64,000 nt of DNA from Anthoceros angustus (Eukaryota > Plantae > Anthocerotophyta), in NCBI GenBank assembly GCA_010909165.1, contig MU008196.1:124001-188000 (forward strand), in the 5' to 3' direction. Shown here piece by piece: positions 11,101 through 23,745 of this stretch (its first letter is position 1; the number at the start of each line of letters is the position of its first letter). The position numbers and the translations under genes are program-made. The notes beneath the pieces were generated by a model. It saw only the letters and a list, made by a program, of their open reading frames with translations, was not told the DNA's origin and did no database searches.

Positions 11101-13760
11101 CCCTTGTCTTGGAGGTGTACAGTCTTGTGGTTTCTCCAGTGTGTCCTTACTCAGTGTCGCTACCGTCCTTCCCTCACCGGATCCCAGTCCGGCAAGTGTA
11201 TTTCCTTCCGTCCAAAGTGTAGTTTTGTCGGCGAGGCCCGGCCAAGGCTAGGACCTCATACCCAGGTCGGGTCGATAATGACAAAATCTAATGTATAGGG
11301 GCTCCGCTATGGTGGCTTGGACTCGGACAACTCCCTGCTGGCGCTGCGACATGTCGCCATCACGAGGGTTTTGGTGGATGGCTCGAAGGTGGTGAACCCG
11401 GCCGTCTTGCGGTGGCCTCGGTGATGAGGTTCCTCGACCCGTGTCTAGAGGCACGTTTTTAATTACACACGCAATTTCCACTGCTGGCGAGTCGTATGAG
11501 ATCGACCCTTACCTCACGTTCTTGCCCTTAGGACCAAGGGTTCCGCGTGGTTGCGTTTCCCTGATGGCCTTCGGACTTCACAGCCGATGCCGGGTTGTCC
11601 TTTAACAAGCGCCTAAGGGACACCAAGTGTTGTTGGTCCATCATCAAGTCGGCCACCTTGAAAGGGCGGGTGGTTCTCTGCGTCGCGCGTTCGCCTTGTC
11701 TCCTCCGGTTTGGCTGTGGTGGCGGACCATACGGGTCTGTCGGAGTTCTTCTTGAAGCATCTCGGTCACTTCGAACCACATCCGGTGGAAGCTGCGGCGT
11801 TGCCGTGGGTGAGTCGCTTCTCCGGAGACTCCGGTGGCTTTTGGGGGTTTCTTCTCTGGAGCTGCCGGTTTAACTTCGTCCTCTTTGGCGGGTTCGGCTT
11901 CCAGGTGTTCCGTCCTCCGTATCCGTGGGACTATCCCATTTTCTTCCTCTTATCTGTCTCCGTTCCTTCTCCTTTCGGCGACTCGGGTTGACACTTCGGT
12001 ACCTCAGTCCGCCTTCTTCTCCTTGGCGAACTTGCCCGTACCACCTCGTTCGAGCTCCTCGGTGCCTCCTCCCCTCCATGATTGTCGTCTTCAATTTGTA
12101 CAGTAGCCTTAGGAGGGCGTCGGTGGTCTTGGCTCCCAGGGGGGTTTTGGCGTAGTCCTCGGCGAGGATTCGGACCGCAGTCTTGCACGGCATGTGCCCG
12201 CCTTACAATCTCCACCACGTTCAAAGTCTCCGTTACCTTATGCGGTGGGGTATGGGCCAGGCGTTGGAGTAGTGTCGGGGTTCCCAGTTCCAGACCACCG
12301 CTGCCGAAGAATGCGGAGGTCCTCCCATTCGAGGTTGCATCGGAGGCGGTGTATGGATGGACCTCGGGACCACTGTCCTCTCGGGGTCCAGGACCTCTAG
12401 GTCAGGTCTTCCCTCTGAGGTCCGGTCTCACAGGCCGGCCTTCTTTGAGTCAGGTCCTCGGGGCCGGACTTGCCTCTGAGGTCCGGTCTTGGACCCAACC
12501 CTTCCACAGGGTCCGGACCTCGGGGTCGGACTCGTCACTAGAATCTGGATCCCTAAGTCAGACTTCCTTGAGGCGGACCTCGGGATCGGCCTTTCCTCGA
12601 AGTCGGGACAAAGTCAGGACCTCGGCTCTGGGCATGCCTCCTCACGGGCTAGTCACGGGTTCATCACCCAGGCCTCCCTTGGTTCCACCGAGGCAGCCGG
12701 GAGGCTAACGTTGCGCCTTCTTCGCCAGCGTTGACACTCCGACCTCAGCGGTGAGCGAGCGTCCAGTGTATCCCGAGATACCGCCCAGGAGGCAGGACTG
12801 CGGGCGCAAGGGATCGAGAATTGTCTCGGGTGCGGCCAGCCTTCTCCAGCGTACGCCTTGAGGAGTAACCGGCCGGGCGGGCGCCTCTTCCACCTCTTTT
12901 TATGACTCTCTAGATCTTCCCTCAACCCGCTACCTCTTTCAAAGGCGGGTCGAAGGACCTCGGCCTTGCAGCATCATGACCTCCTTCTTCCCGCGTTTCG
13001 ACTTCTTCTTGTTTTTTGCGGCTCCTCTTCCTCCTCTTCCTCCTCTTCCTCCTCTTCCTCCGGACCTCGGTCTCTTCCTCCTCTCCTTGAGGGCTCTTCA
13101 TCTTGATTCGATTCCCTCTTTTCTTCTTCTTTCCTCCTTGAGTCGTTCTCGTTCGTTGGTGCATCGATTCTTCATAGTTTTCCGCCCTTGCTCACATCCT
13201 TCTCTGCAAAACATGCTTAGCCATTGGCTTAGGTGCCATTGCGAACCAGCCACTTTGCATCGTGGTGTGGGTGGGGTGCGATCCGGAGGGCATAGAACCG
13301 TTCGATGTCGATCCCAACTTTCCGTCTTGCCCTCTTTGGGTTCTCAAGCTTGGACAAGATGTAGCCTTCTTGATCGATTCGCGGAATCTTTCTGAAGGCA
13401 TCCTTGATCTTGAAGGTCGCGAGGCGTTACGGTGGTCGGTACTTGGTACCAGGGCGTTGTCCCCGAAGGACCTTGGAGCAGTGGATTAGGCGTGCATCCG
13501 ACCTTCTCGTTGAAGTTGCTCGGGATCGAAATCCTCAACAAAGGTTTCGCATCCGCTCCTTCTTTCCAAAGAGTAAACTTTTGGTCGTTGTTGTTGCCAT
13601 CGTCCGCCGGCGGTGAGGCGCTCCTCTTCGCCACACGCCTGCGGGCTTCCTCCTCACGATCAACAATTCCACGCCTGCGGTTCGTGACCTCGCCTCGAGC
13701 TCGTCTCTCACGTACTGCGCTCGGGCGCTCTGGCGATCCCGTCCGACTCTCTTAGCAATT
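8170..13760 (-). pseudogene. gag-pol of the gypsy element, heavily frameshifted
   Basis: Fragments in ORFs 8212-8466, 8874-9059, 9221-9670, 9414-9785, 9764-9991, 10325-10523, 11248-11481 and 11870-12193. Confidence 0.85.
12350..12892. repeat. Ectopic copy of LTR-internal sequence within the gag region
   Basis: Colinear with about 14725-15280 (ggacctcgggaccac..ggcgcctcttccac). Confidence 0.75.
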
Positions 13761-13811
13761 CTTCCTTAACTACCTCCGTCCTCCGCATCCCACGCTCACG
13801 GGCGATTTCAT

Positions 13812-13825
13812 TCCCGACAGCGCCA
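13812..13825 (-). other. Primer-binding site of the gypsy element
   Basis: Minus strand TGGCGCTGTCGGGA starts 3 nt after the 5' LTR end. The cognate tRNA is not assigned. Confidence 0.65.
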
Positions 13826-13828
13826 AAA

Positions 13829-15727
13829 TGTGGCGACTTTCGATGGCCGGTAGGCGCGCACAATCCGTGTCGTTGTAGGAAGAAGTCCGTTCCCAAAGGA
13901 ATGATAGGCTCCGTTTGCGTTTGGTGATTCTTACCTCACTTGCGCTCGTTCACCTCAGCGCCATACTCTAACTACTCAGCGTTCACCGTCAGGCCGGTAT
14001 GGCCAAGCGTTTGAGACCCGTTCGCGTCCGTATCGTTCACATTCGTCACTCACACTTCGATCCTTTCCTCTCTCACGCTCACTCATCCGGTCTTAGAAAA
14101 GGCCGGGTTTACGGTCCGGACCTCCTCGTCGTTCAGGGCCTCTCCGTCCGGGCTCTGCCGCCCTCCGGAGTTCCTCCGGCTCACCGTTCGTCCGTTCGGT
14201 CTTTGGGCGCTCGGGCGAAACGGGTCACCGATCACCCTTCCACACACACCACAACACGTTAGGTCGTCACGGGACCACAGTCAATCTCCCGGGATCGTGC
14301 ACCTTTCGGTGACTCGGGACTCACGTTAGCAAGAAGACACACAAGGTGCAGAGCAGCATCAACACCAAGAGAAGATGATTTATTGAGCCTTAGCCCTCTT
14401 ATACTCGCGAAGGTCGGCCTTTATTACCTCTAGTGAGGCCATTTCGGTGTGCCTAACCGCCTACTACCACCTATTCCTATCGTGGTGGTGGGGTGGGATA
14501 GATTCCTTCTTGGCACGGCGGCCCAAAGCGAGCCACTGGCGCGCAATCGGATGATCCGGGACCCTTCCTCTTCAGTGCATCGGTGCGCCACCGTGGCGGC
14601 GACAGCGGCTCACCACCAAGTCTTCCTCGTCCTCCCCTCTTCTCTCTCTGGCGGGCCCTGCGCGATGGGCCCTCAAGGCTGGATCTGCTTGGGGTTGGTG
14701 TTGGTGGCTCTCCCCACTCCCAGTTTGGACCTCGGGACCACATCTGACTCGGGGTCCAGGACCTCTAGGTCCGGTCTTCCCTCTGGGGTCCGGTCTCCTG
14801 GGCCCGGCCTTCTTTCTGGAGTCCGGTCCTCGGGGACCGGACTTGCCTCTGGGGTCCGGTCTTCTGGACCCAACCCTTCCCCTGGGGTCCGGACCTCAGG
14901 GTCCGGATTCGTCACTAGAGTCTGGATCCCTAAGTCCAGACTTCCTTCAGGGGGCCGGACCTCGGGATCCGGCCTTTCCTCAGGAGTCCGGACAAAGTCC
15001 GGACCCTCAGGCTCCTGGGCATGCCTCCTCACCGGGCTGGTCACGGGTTCATCACAGGCCTCCCTTGGTTCCAGCGCTTGCCGGGAGGCTAGCAGCACGT
15101 TCGCCTTCTTGGCGCGTTGCTCCGACCTCAGCGGTGAGCCGCTGCGCAGGCGTCAGTGTCCCACGAGATACCGCCCGAGGCGGACTGCGGGCTGAGGATC
15201 GAGTGTCATTGCTTGTGAGCCAGCCTTCTCCAGCGACCACGCCTTGGGAGTAACATGGCCCGGGGGAGGCGCCTCTTCCACAGTAGCGCGGAGGTGCATG
15301 GCTTACTGCGGCCCCTCGCCGCCGCGTACTGCGGCCTTACGCAGCCGCGTACTGCGGCCCCTCGCGCGCGGTCCGCGTAGGCGTGAATACTGCTATAACG
15401 GCAAGGTTCACGGTCTGACCGCTGCATGCCCGGCCTCCGCCGGTCGTCCACGTGGCGTCGCCTGGTCAGTCACTTACGGCCCAACTTCTAAGTTACTTTC
15501 CACGGCCCATCGCTGGTCACAGGTGGGTCCGGACTTATCCGTTACCTTATGCTTTGCCATCGTAGGCCTAGGATCGCGTTCCCCACTCCGAGTCCGGTAT
15601 ACTCAGTGCCGTCCGAGTGCTAACCGTGCTTATTTCCCCCTTTTTCGCCTCATTTTATCCTTTACTCCTACAAAAAAAACAAAACCCTACCTAATTTCTA
15701 ACCCCCCAGGGAAGTCCGTAGTCCACA
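13829..15727 (-). repeat. 5' LTR of the gypsy element
   Basis: TGTGG..CCACA termini and an internal GGGGTCCGGACCTC array. Confidence 0.9.
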
Positions 15728-17045
15728 AAGCCTCAACGGCGAACCCAACGAGCTGATGTAGCACTTAGGCACATGCGCGTTGCGCACATCATTGGGCGAA
15801 TTCAGGCAAGTCTCACTCAGGTTCTCGAAATTCCCTCTTTCTGCTTGCAATCCTGCTTTTATGCATGTAATGGGCTTGCCAAAGCGTGCGATTGACCTTC
15901 GGAATCCAGAGTCGGCATCATGAAGACGATGTTGGGGCTCCCTCCCCTCCGTACAACTGGGAGAAGCTTATTCGTACCCAGCATCGACTCGAGCTTGATA
16001 TGGGGTAGAGGCGGACCTCGGGATCCGGCCTTTCCTCAGTCGGGACAAAGTCCGGACCTCGAAACTCTGGGCATGCCTCCTCACCCGGGCTAGTCACGGG
16101 TTCATCACCCAGGCCTCACTTGGTTCTGTGGCTTAGCCGGGAGGCTACGCGCGTTCGCCTTCTTCGCCGCGTTGACTCAAACCTCAGCGGTGGCCGCTGG
16201 CGAGGCGTCTGAGGTATCCCACGAGATACCGCCCAGAGCCGGACTGCGGGCGCAAGGATCGTGAATTGTCTCGGTAGCGTGAGCAGCCTTCTCCAGCGAC
16301 CACTTGCCGGGAATGTGGCCCGGGCGGAGGCGCTTCCAGCAAGTAGCGCGAGGTGCATGGCTTACTGCGGCCCCTCGCCCGCGTACTGCGGCCCCTCGCC
16401 GCCGCGTACTGCGGCCCCTCGCGCGCGTCCGCGTAGTGAATACTCTATAACGGCCGACGAGTTCACGGTCCTGACCGGCATGCCCGGCCTCCACCGGTGG
16501 TCACGTGGGCGTCGCCTAGTCCGTCCTTACGGCCCAACTTCTAAGTTACTTTCCCTGGCGTACTTATCCTGCCTGGTCCTGGAGTGGGTCCGGACTTATC
16601 CCGTTACCTTGTCGCCTGCCATCGTAGGCCTAGGTACGTTCCCCACTCCGAGTCCGGAGTGCTAACCGTGCTTATTTCCCCCTTTTTCGCCTCATTTTAT
16701 CCTTTACTCCTACAAAAAAACAAAACCCTACCTAATTTCTAACCCCCCAGGGAAGTCCGTAGTCCACAAAGCCTCAACGGCGAACCCAACGAGCTGATGT
16801 AGCACTTAGGCACATGCGCGTTCGCATCATTAGGCGGGGTCAGCAAGTCTCACTCAGGTTCTCGAAATTCCCTCTTTCTGCTTGCAATCCTGCTTTTATG
16901 CATGTAATGGGCTTGCCAAAGCGTGCGATTGACCTTCGGAATCCAGAGTCGGCATCATGAAGACGATGTTGGGGCTCCCTCCCCTCCGTACACTGGGAGA
17001 AACGATTCATGCCAACGCTATCGACTCAGAGCTTGATATGGGGTG
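14955..17045. repeat. ~1.04 kb tandem duplication spanning the LTR/CACTA junction
   Basis: The LTR end plus flank (gtccacaaagcctcaacggcg..gagcttgatatggggt) occurs at about 15721-16005 and again at about 16762-17045. Confidence 0.85.
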
Positions 17046-19328
17046 GGGGGAGCCAGACCAAGCAGTCCACGATGATTGTGATCACGAGGGCCGGAAAGAC
17101 CATCGTCCCCCCAGCGCGGAAGAGGCTGCAATTGATGCATTCATCAACTCCCGGCTGCAACAATGGCACCATGCTTTGCACCAGGAGGCCGCAATGCCGC
17201 TCTTTAACATCCCCGGCCCGTGTCGCAGCAAGATGAGTCGGTTGTCGACCGTGCTTGTGCTCCTCAACATTCAGGAGCGCTACAACGCATCAGATAGCCT
17301 CATGAATGCCCTGTTTCAAGTGGTTGCGGATATGTTGTTGCCTTCACCGAACAGTCTTACACCTTGCAGGACCAAGGACGCATGACACTCCGCCGTTAGG
17401 CATTCTTGTCGGTGATTCCTTGTTGTGAGCAGTATCGCATTCTTGGGAAGTGCGAGCCAAGGAAGACCAACGCTGTTTTTGTGGGGAGCAACGGGATGCA
17501 CCAGGAGAAAGACGTCCGCGTCCGGCCGCAGCGGGCGCTTTCTATTTTCCAGCGATAGAGCGCACGGGGTTGTTCGGGATGTCCTCGACGCGGCGCGACA
17601 TGGTGGCGAAGAAACCAGAGCAAGGATGGAAAAATGCGAATTTTGGCAGACAGTCCGGCATGGAAAATGTTAGATTCTGTGGGGAACTTTGGGGGTGAAG
17701 ACCGGAATGTGAGGTTTAGCATTTGTACCGACAGACTGAACCCGGGCGGGCACCGATCAAACACCAACTCAATTTGGCCAGTTCTGCTAGTCATTCAGAA
17801 TCTGCCACCATGGCAGAACACCAAGAAAGAGCACATCTTGATGCCCCTTATCATTCCAGGGCCCCGACAAGTTCAGGACATGGATGTTTTTTTAGAGCCA
17901 CTCCTGGCAGACCTCCGCGAGCTATGGGAGGGTATACCATGCGAAGATTTTTCGCTGCCGGAAACTGATCCTCGACGTATATTTACTCTCCGGGGTGCGT
18001 TGGTCCTTGCCACCTGTGATTACCCGGGGTTGGGGAATCTATTTGGTTTGCAAGTTCGAGGGAGGGCATCATGTATTGACTGTGGGGTTGACTTGCAAGC
18101 CCGATGGTCCCATGATCTAGATAAAATGATTTTCGAAGGCTATCGACGATGGTGCCCTACTGTGGACGACATGTGGCGCATCCACAATGCAGACAGCTTT
18201 AACAGCGACGTGGAGCGGCGACCGAGGCCTGTTACCCGTAGTGTGGATGTGGTGATGACCGAAATGCAGCTCTGGAGTGACCGAAATGGTGACAATGTTG
18301 TGACGTGGGCGGTGCGGAAGAACTCAGTGATCCTTAGGACTTTGCCATACCTTCGGTTCACATACAAACTATGGGTTAAGGACGTTATGCATGTGGAGAT
18401 GAATAACTGTAAGGCGATATGGGGAACCATATGCGGCAAGGGTGACACATTAAGCAGCCGTTTCGACATGCAGCACTTAGAGTCCAAACCGTGGCTATGG
18501 CCCATCGAAGACAATGAAGTGCAGCACATGCCTGATGCGTCATATGTATTGCCAGCCCGGGATCTGCAAGCCGTGAAGGATGAGATTTGTTCCATGCGCC
18601 CGCCTACTGCTTTCGGAGCAAACTTGAAACGCTGCTTTGCTGGGCCCAAAGTTACAGGGATGAAAAGCCACAACTGGCATTGTTTGATGCAATATTATTT
18701 ACCTATCGCTCTGAGGGGTCGTCTACCCGGACGGGAATACACCGTACTGAAGCGATTGTCCGCTTTCTACAGGTGGTTATGCTCAAAGGCCATCTTGCTG
18801 GAGGATATTCAAACTATGAAGCTAGAGATTGTAGACATCATGGTCTCTTTGGAGATGGTCATGCCGTCAACATTCTGGAATATCATGCAACATCTCTTGA
18901 TTCACCTTGTAGATGAGGTGGAGACACATGGCATAGTACACTGTCGCTGGATGTACCCTATGGAGCGCTATATGATGGTTTTGAAAAACCACGTGCGCCA
19001 ACGAGCCAGGCCTGAAGGTAGCATGGCGACAGGGTATGTAGCTATGGAGGCTATGCACTTTGCAACAGAATTCATGACTGCAGCCCACCCAGAACATGCC
19101 GCCCTGTTTGGCTTTAATCACCTCCCAGGCCAAGAGGATCGACCCATTGGGGCAGCGAAAAGAAAAAAGCTCACGGCTGACGAACAAAATCGTCTTCATT
19201 GGTACCTTCTGCTTCACTCTGAAACTTTGGCCCCACTGCGAGCAGCTCACTCTGCAGACCATGAGACTGGGTTTGATTTCAAAAAATGGCTGCAGCTAAA
19301 AGTGGGTCGGGGGGACTTTGCCGGAAGC
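16769..19328 (+). pseudogene. CACTA (En/Spm) transposase TnpD: Transposase_21 and DUF4218 regions
   Basis: ORFs 16957-17385 and 17634 onward: RNVRFSICTDRLNP, SIWPVLLVIQNLPPW, LIIPGP..DMDVFLEPL, DYPGLG, DVMHVEMN, GMKSHNWH, MQHLLIHL, RWMYPMERYM..LK..V...ARPEGSM. Confidence 0.92.
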
Positions 19329-20215
19329 CCAAGTGTATTGCTTGTGGGCCTAGTGTCTTTGGAGTCACAGGCACATGTCAAAGCGGTTGTCATTACATCT
19401 GGCGACGGCCATGAGCCATTGCCACTTCACCGGGACCTCGGCGTCCCCGATGTGAAGAATTGGTGGGTCGCATGTCACGCTCGTTTGGGATATGGCGTAC
19501 TTGCCCGCGCCAAAGAACTTGGGTCACATGTGGCGGATGTAATCGAGGAGATGCAGGGCGTCACATATTTGCTGAGCACGTCCATTGTCGTGGAGGTGGG
19601 CAGCCCGAGCACACGGCTGTTCTTCCTACCTCACCTGCTGTCCGAAAAATTTGATATCCTGGTTGTTGAGCGGGAGCCGGCATTCGAACTGGATCACGGC
19701 ATGGCAATTGAGAGGAACCGCCTGACCCGGGAAACATCACTGAGGATTGAGATAGACCAGGAGTTCCAGATGTTGAAGGACACGGAGTGGGGACCGGCCA
19801 TAAATGTGCGGACAGTCGGGCCTCCTTGGGATCGGAAGAGGGTGGCTATGTGGACTGGACCGGAGCAGCCTCTGAAGGATGTCTTGCGAAACACTTGCAA
19901 ACCTGTTGGAAAGCTTACCATCTTGAAGAAGCATACTGATAACTTGCTTTGCGTGGGACACGCCATGCGCTTGGAGTTTGTGTATGACCACATAGAGGAG
20001 TTTGTGTGCTACACTAGTTTCGGTTGAATGTAGAGGGCGCATTTGAAGTTCTTGCTGCGGCCGACCTGATAGTTCGTACTTGTCATTGTGTTGAAAGCCG
20101 CCTAGGTGCAGCTGTGGTTGCTGGGCATGGGTATGCATACATTTTCTTCCCACGCACATTGGGGCGTCCAGTGAAGGTTGACGTCCTCCAGTCTCTGGTG
20201 GAGATGGAGCATTAA
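19329..20215 (+). other. Unknown ORF carried inside the CACTA element, now fused in frame to TnpD
   Basis: About 230 stop-free codons (SVLLVGLVSLESQ..YTSFG) plus ORF 20024-20215, unrelated to CACTA motifs. Confidence 0.4.
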
Positions 20216-21084
20216 TTCATAGGGAGGTCCAAATGGACGGTTGAGGGGTAGCCCCGGGTATGGCTTCATTAGGCATTGCCCCGGACTTTTTAGATGGTGT
20301 GGTCGTAGTATCGGTATCGTCATCGATAGTATGTAGGCAGAACGGTGTCTGCGGGTAATATCATTCGGCAGTGAATGCCTGTAGTTGGTATCAACATACC
20401 TGATAGAATCTTGATACCAGAGTAGGGAGTCTTGCTTTTTTTGGTAGACAGAACTCAGCCGGCCACTGTGAATGCTTGTATGCCAATGTTGGTGGAATGT
20501 AGCGATTTTGAAGCAACCCTATGTGGGGTTTTTGATAGTTGCGCAACGTTGTTCGCCAAAATAAGTTCCAGAGCACGGCCCTCAGCACGGCCCTCAGTAT
20601 ACACACTATCATCACAGGTAACGGAAACCTTGTTGCATCGGATAAGAATGGCAGCCGAGCTTGCCTACGATACTTGTTCAACCCTAGTCCGGATTGAGCT
20701 GTGGTTGGCATTCGGCCAACCATTCCGTCGCAAAGTTGCACCCCAACTCAGTTTCGGGAACAGTTGAGGCATGTAGTTTGTGACCAGTGGGCCCTGCTGT
20801 TCACATCGTGGACGGAATGGGTGATCGTTATCGCGCTCAACGGGAATCCGAAACCCGCAGCCGGCCGGGTTCATATAAGAGGCCGTAAATAACGGGTTGG
20901 CGGGCACGGAATGCAAATTCGTCTTTGGACGCACCAACTGTCACTCATCGGAACCGGCAACTTCAAGTCGACTTTTAAGATGGGAAGATCGGGACCTTGC
21001 GTTGATGACCGGCTAGTGAAGGGGAGAATAACGCGGTTTGCGGATGTTGTTCCAGGTTGGACCATAAGGGGCAGCGTGCATCGG

Positions 21085-21180
21085 CTTGCAAACGTGGCAT
21101 CGCGACAACAACGCGAGAACAACGTGGCTGGACTCACGTTATTCCACCCACGTTGTTTAAGACACCGCATTGTAGTAGTG
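21085..21180 (-). mobile_element. CACTA terminus with subterminal repeats
   Basis: The minus strand begins CACTACTACAATGC at 21180. Repeated AACGTGG/CCACGTT motifs lie in both orientations just inside. Confidence 0.7.
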
Positions 21181-23745
21181 TAGGTCAGAAAATCCGGATG
21201 AGGTAGATGATGCGAAGGATGAAGAAGCACTGTTGAGGAGGGCCTTCCATCAGTGGGTCTTGGAGCTAGTGTGTTCGAAGATGACGTTGATGGTGCCGTG
21301 TGAAGGATCGTGTGGCAGCCCATGATGGTGGAAAGAGGAGAGGAGAGGAGGAGGCAAGTGTAACTCTCTCCAATTGAGATGAGGCTTTGAAGGGTATTTA
21401 TACCCTCCAACAGGGCTCCCTAGGAAGCTCCACAAGAAGCCCCTAGGAAGGAGCACAAGAAGCTTCCTAGTGATTAGCTTCAGCTAAACTAATGATACTT
21501 AACTGACACCTAACTTAGACTAAGTGTATTAGTCTAAGTACATTGGGCTTTAATACCCTTACACCGTGGACAAGCAATGACGAGAGTTTGAGGGAGAGGC
21601 TGGTGAGTATGGTAGAGGTTGAGTTTCCATGTATTGAGCGGGATGAGATTGTGGCAAGGTTTGCAGGTGCATTACGGACAAGGAATTAACCACAACCTAG
21701 GGAAGAAGGTGAGGCAAGCTGTGATATGGAGGGAGAAGGGTAAGGATGCGAAATGGCTCCATCCGCCAAATGTCACCACCAAGGCATGCAGGAAGGCTGT
21801 GAAGCAGGGTGTGGTTACATTGCATAAGAATGGTGGGGTGTGGCCAACCCCCCAGCAAGCTGCCGCAACGTCGACAAGGCTGGCGAAGCATGATCAAGGG
21901 ACCAATCTCTTTGGTCCCCCGGGGAGCAAAAGAGTTTGAAAGGAGGTTCGTGCAACGGTGGGGAGGGAGTGCTACCGCAAAGGAGCTGAGGTGGGCACAT
22001 GCCGGAGTATTGGAGAGGTAAAGGTTTGACGGTGGCTGTGAGGGGGCATGTTTGTGTGGCCACGTTTGTCGGGTGATATGATCAGCTGCTGTGGCTTGTG
22101 CTCCTAGGATGCTTTGAGACGGGAATGGATGAGAGATGCTATGGTTAGAGGCGAGGGGAGAGTACCCATGGAGGTGTGGAAGAGGCGGGGGCAACATGGG
22201 AGGCGGCCAAGTGCAGTGCTTTGGAGGGCACTTGGAAAGTGGAGGCGATTAACACGAGGCGTGTCAAAAGTGTAAGGATAAATGTGTTCCATGTTATTAC
22301 ATGTACTTTTGGAGGTCTTAGGATGTGCCATAACTCCCGATGAAATCACAAGTTGCAGACATCGGCAGGATTAAAAGATCATTTTTCGCGTTCTTTTTGC
22401 ACAGTGCGCGCACAAGTTTGCGCATAGCCTTGTACCATGCGCACACTTGTGCGCGCCTAGGCCCCCCGGAATACAAAAGCATAGAGAACCACACAAAATT
22501 AGGGAACTATGGACATGCAGAAATAATGGAACAAAGAGGTCACTGGGCCTTGGGGAAATCAACGAAGCAGGCATGGAGCCTATGTTTCTTAGCTTTGGCA
22601 TGCCCAACAATGCCGTGTTGGGTGAGGAGGTGGTCAAGGCAGTCCATGCCTTGTCTAAAGCCTGCCTGGCATGTGTTGTTTGCTCGTAGGTTGAGTGCGT
22701 GCATCTTCATTTCGCAGCCTTTGCTGAACACTTTGTGTAGCAGGTGGTTAACCACAATCATTCCGCAGCTGTTGACAACCTCAAGTGGTCCTGACTTGTG
22801 CATGGGGTGCACATCCGACTTCCCCTAGCTCATTGGGAGGCAGCCCAAGTTGTAGATCTTATTGAACTGGTCGGCTAGGAGCATGGGCAACTTGGCGGAG
22901 AGGATGGCTTTTTGCAGCTCAGCGGTGAGGCCCAGTTTGTCGGCCACTTTACGATTCTTCATCTTACAGTAGAGATAACCTCCTCTATGGTGAACACAAA
23001 GCTAGGGTCTGGTGGCGCTACAGTTGTGGGGTACGTGTGTTGGTCTTCCATCGATTCAAATAGCAATTTGCCGTACTCATACCACTCCTGCTTATCCACA
23101 GTGGGGCAGTTTTTCTTCCTGGCCCTGAGTATTTGCCAGAATCTGCGAGGCTAGCCATCAATGCAGCTGCTGAAGCAGTTTGCTATTGCTAAGGACCGTG
23201 AAGGCCCTCAACAATAGCAACACAGGAGCTTATAAGTTCTCCTAGCCTTTTCCAGTGCCACGGTGTTGTTTGGCTACTTGGAGAGCTTGGCTTGGAAGGC
23301 CATCCTAAGCTGCTTAAAATCACGGTTGAACCATGTTGGAGGACGCTGTAGGCCATGTTGCTTTGTGTCATCAACCTGCTCTTGCGCAGTGCAGATTGCA
23401 GGGCCTTCTGCAACTCATGGGCAGAGAATTCGACGTTAATTTTGTCAGAGTGGATGGTCAGAGCCGAGGATGGTAGGCAGCTGCTTCTCCATATGTATTT
23501 GCAAGGGACCTTCAGTGAGTTTCGCGAGACGGTAGGGGGGTGGATACGTCTTCTTGTTTCTCTTCTTCCTTGTTGCTTTCATGTCCGTTACGAGCCAGCG
23601 TAGAAGTGGGCGATGGTCAGATCCGACCAATGAGCAGCTAATCTGGAAGTCGTGGATTCGGGTTAAGAGCTCAGGTTTGGCAGAGAGGTAGTCCATAATG
23701 CTATGTTTCCATTGCACTTCGACAGCCTGCCCCTCGGACACCTTC
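21181..23745 (-). mobile_element. 5'-truncated LINE (APE C-terminus plus partial RT)
   Basis: MDYL..SDHRPL (APE end) and QAGFRQG..CLDH..LHACFVDFPKA (RT). The RT core with the YADD-type motif is not seen. Confidence 0.8.
21301..21563 (-). mobile_element. Solo LTR (263 bp) with a perfect 5-bp TSD CCGTG
   Basis: Reverse complement of 39685-39944, with TGTAAG..CCTTCA termini. CCGTG lies at 21296-21300 and 21564-21568. Confidence 0.9.

Larger units (their letters stand above)
6239..15727 (-). mobile_element. Full-length degenerate Ty3/gypsy LTR retrotransposon (non-chromovirus)
   Basis: Two ~1.9 kb LTRs. The minus-strand internal region runs gag, PR, RT (KDHFP/PMPFVDDI), RNase H (GYYRRFIQDFAK, PRIARWILL, DFLSRL), integrase. 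PBS and PPT are present. Putative TSD AAGCT (6234-6238) / AAGCC (15728-15732). Confidence 0.9.

Noticed and set aside
17634-20027. 797-aa ORF as a novel CACTA transposase fusion protein
   Set aside because: The last ~230 aa are better explained by an inversion junction at 19323-19328, since the expected DUF4216 end is present at 5090-5616 on the minus strand.
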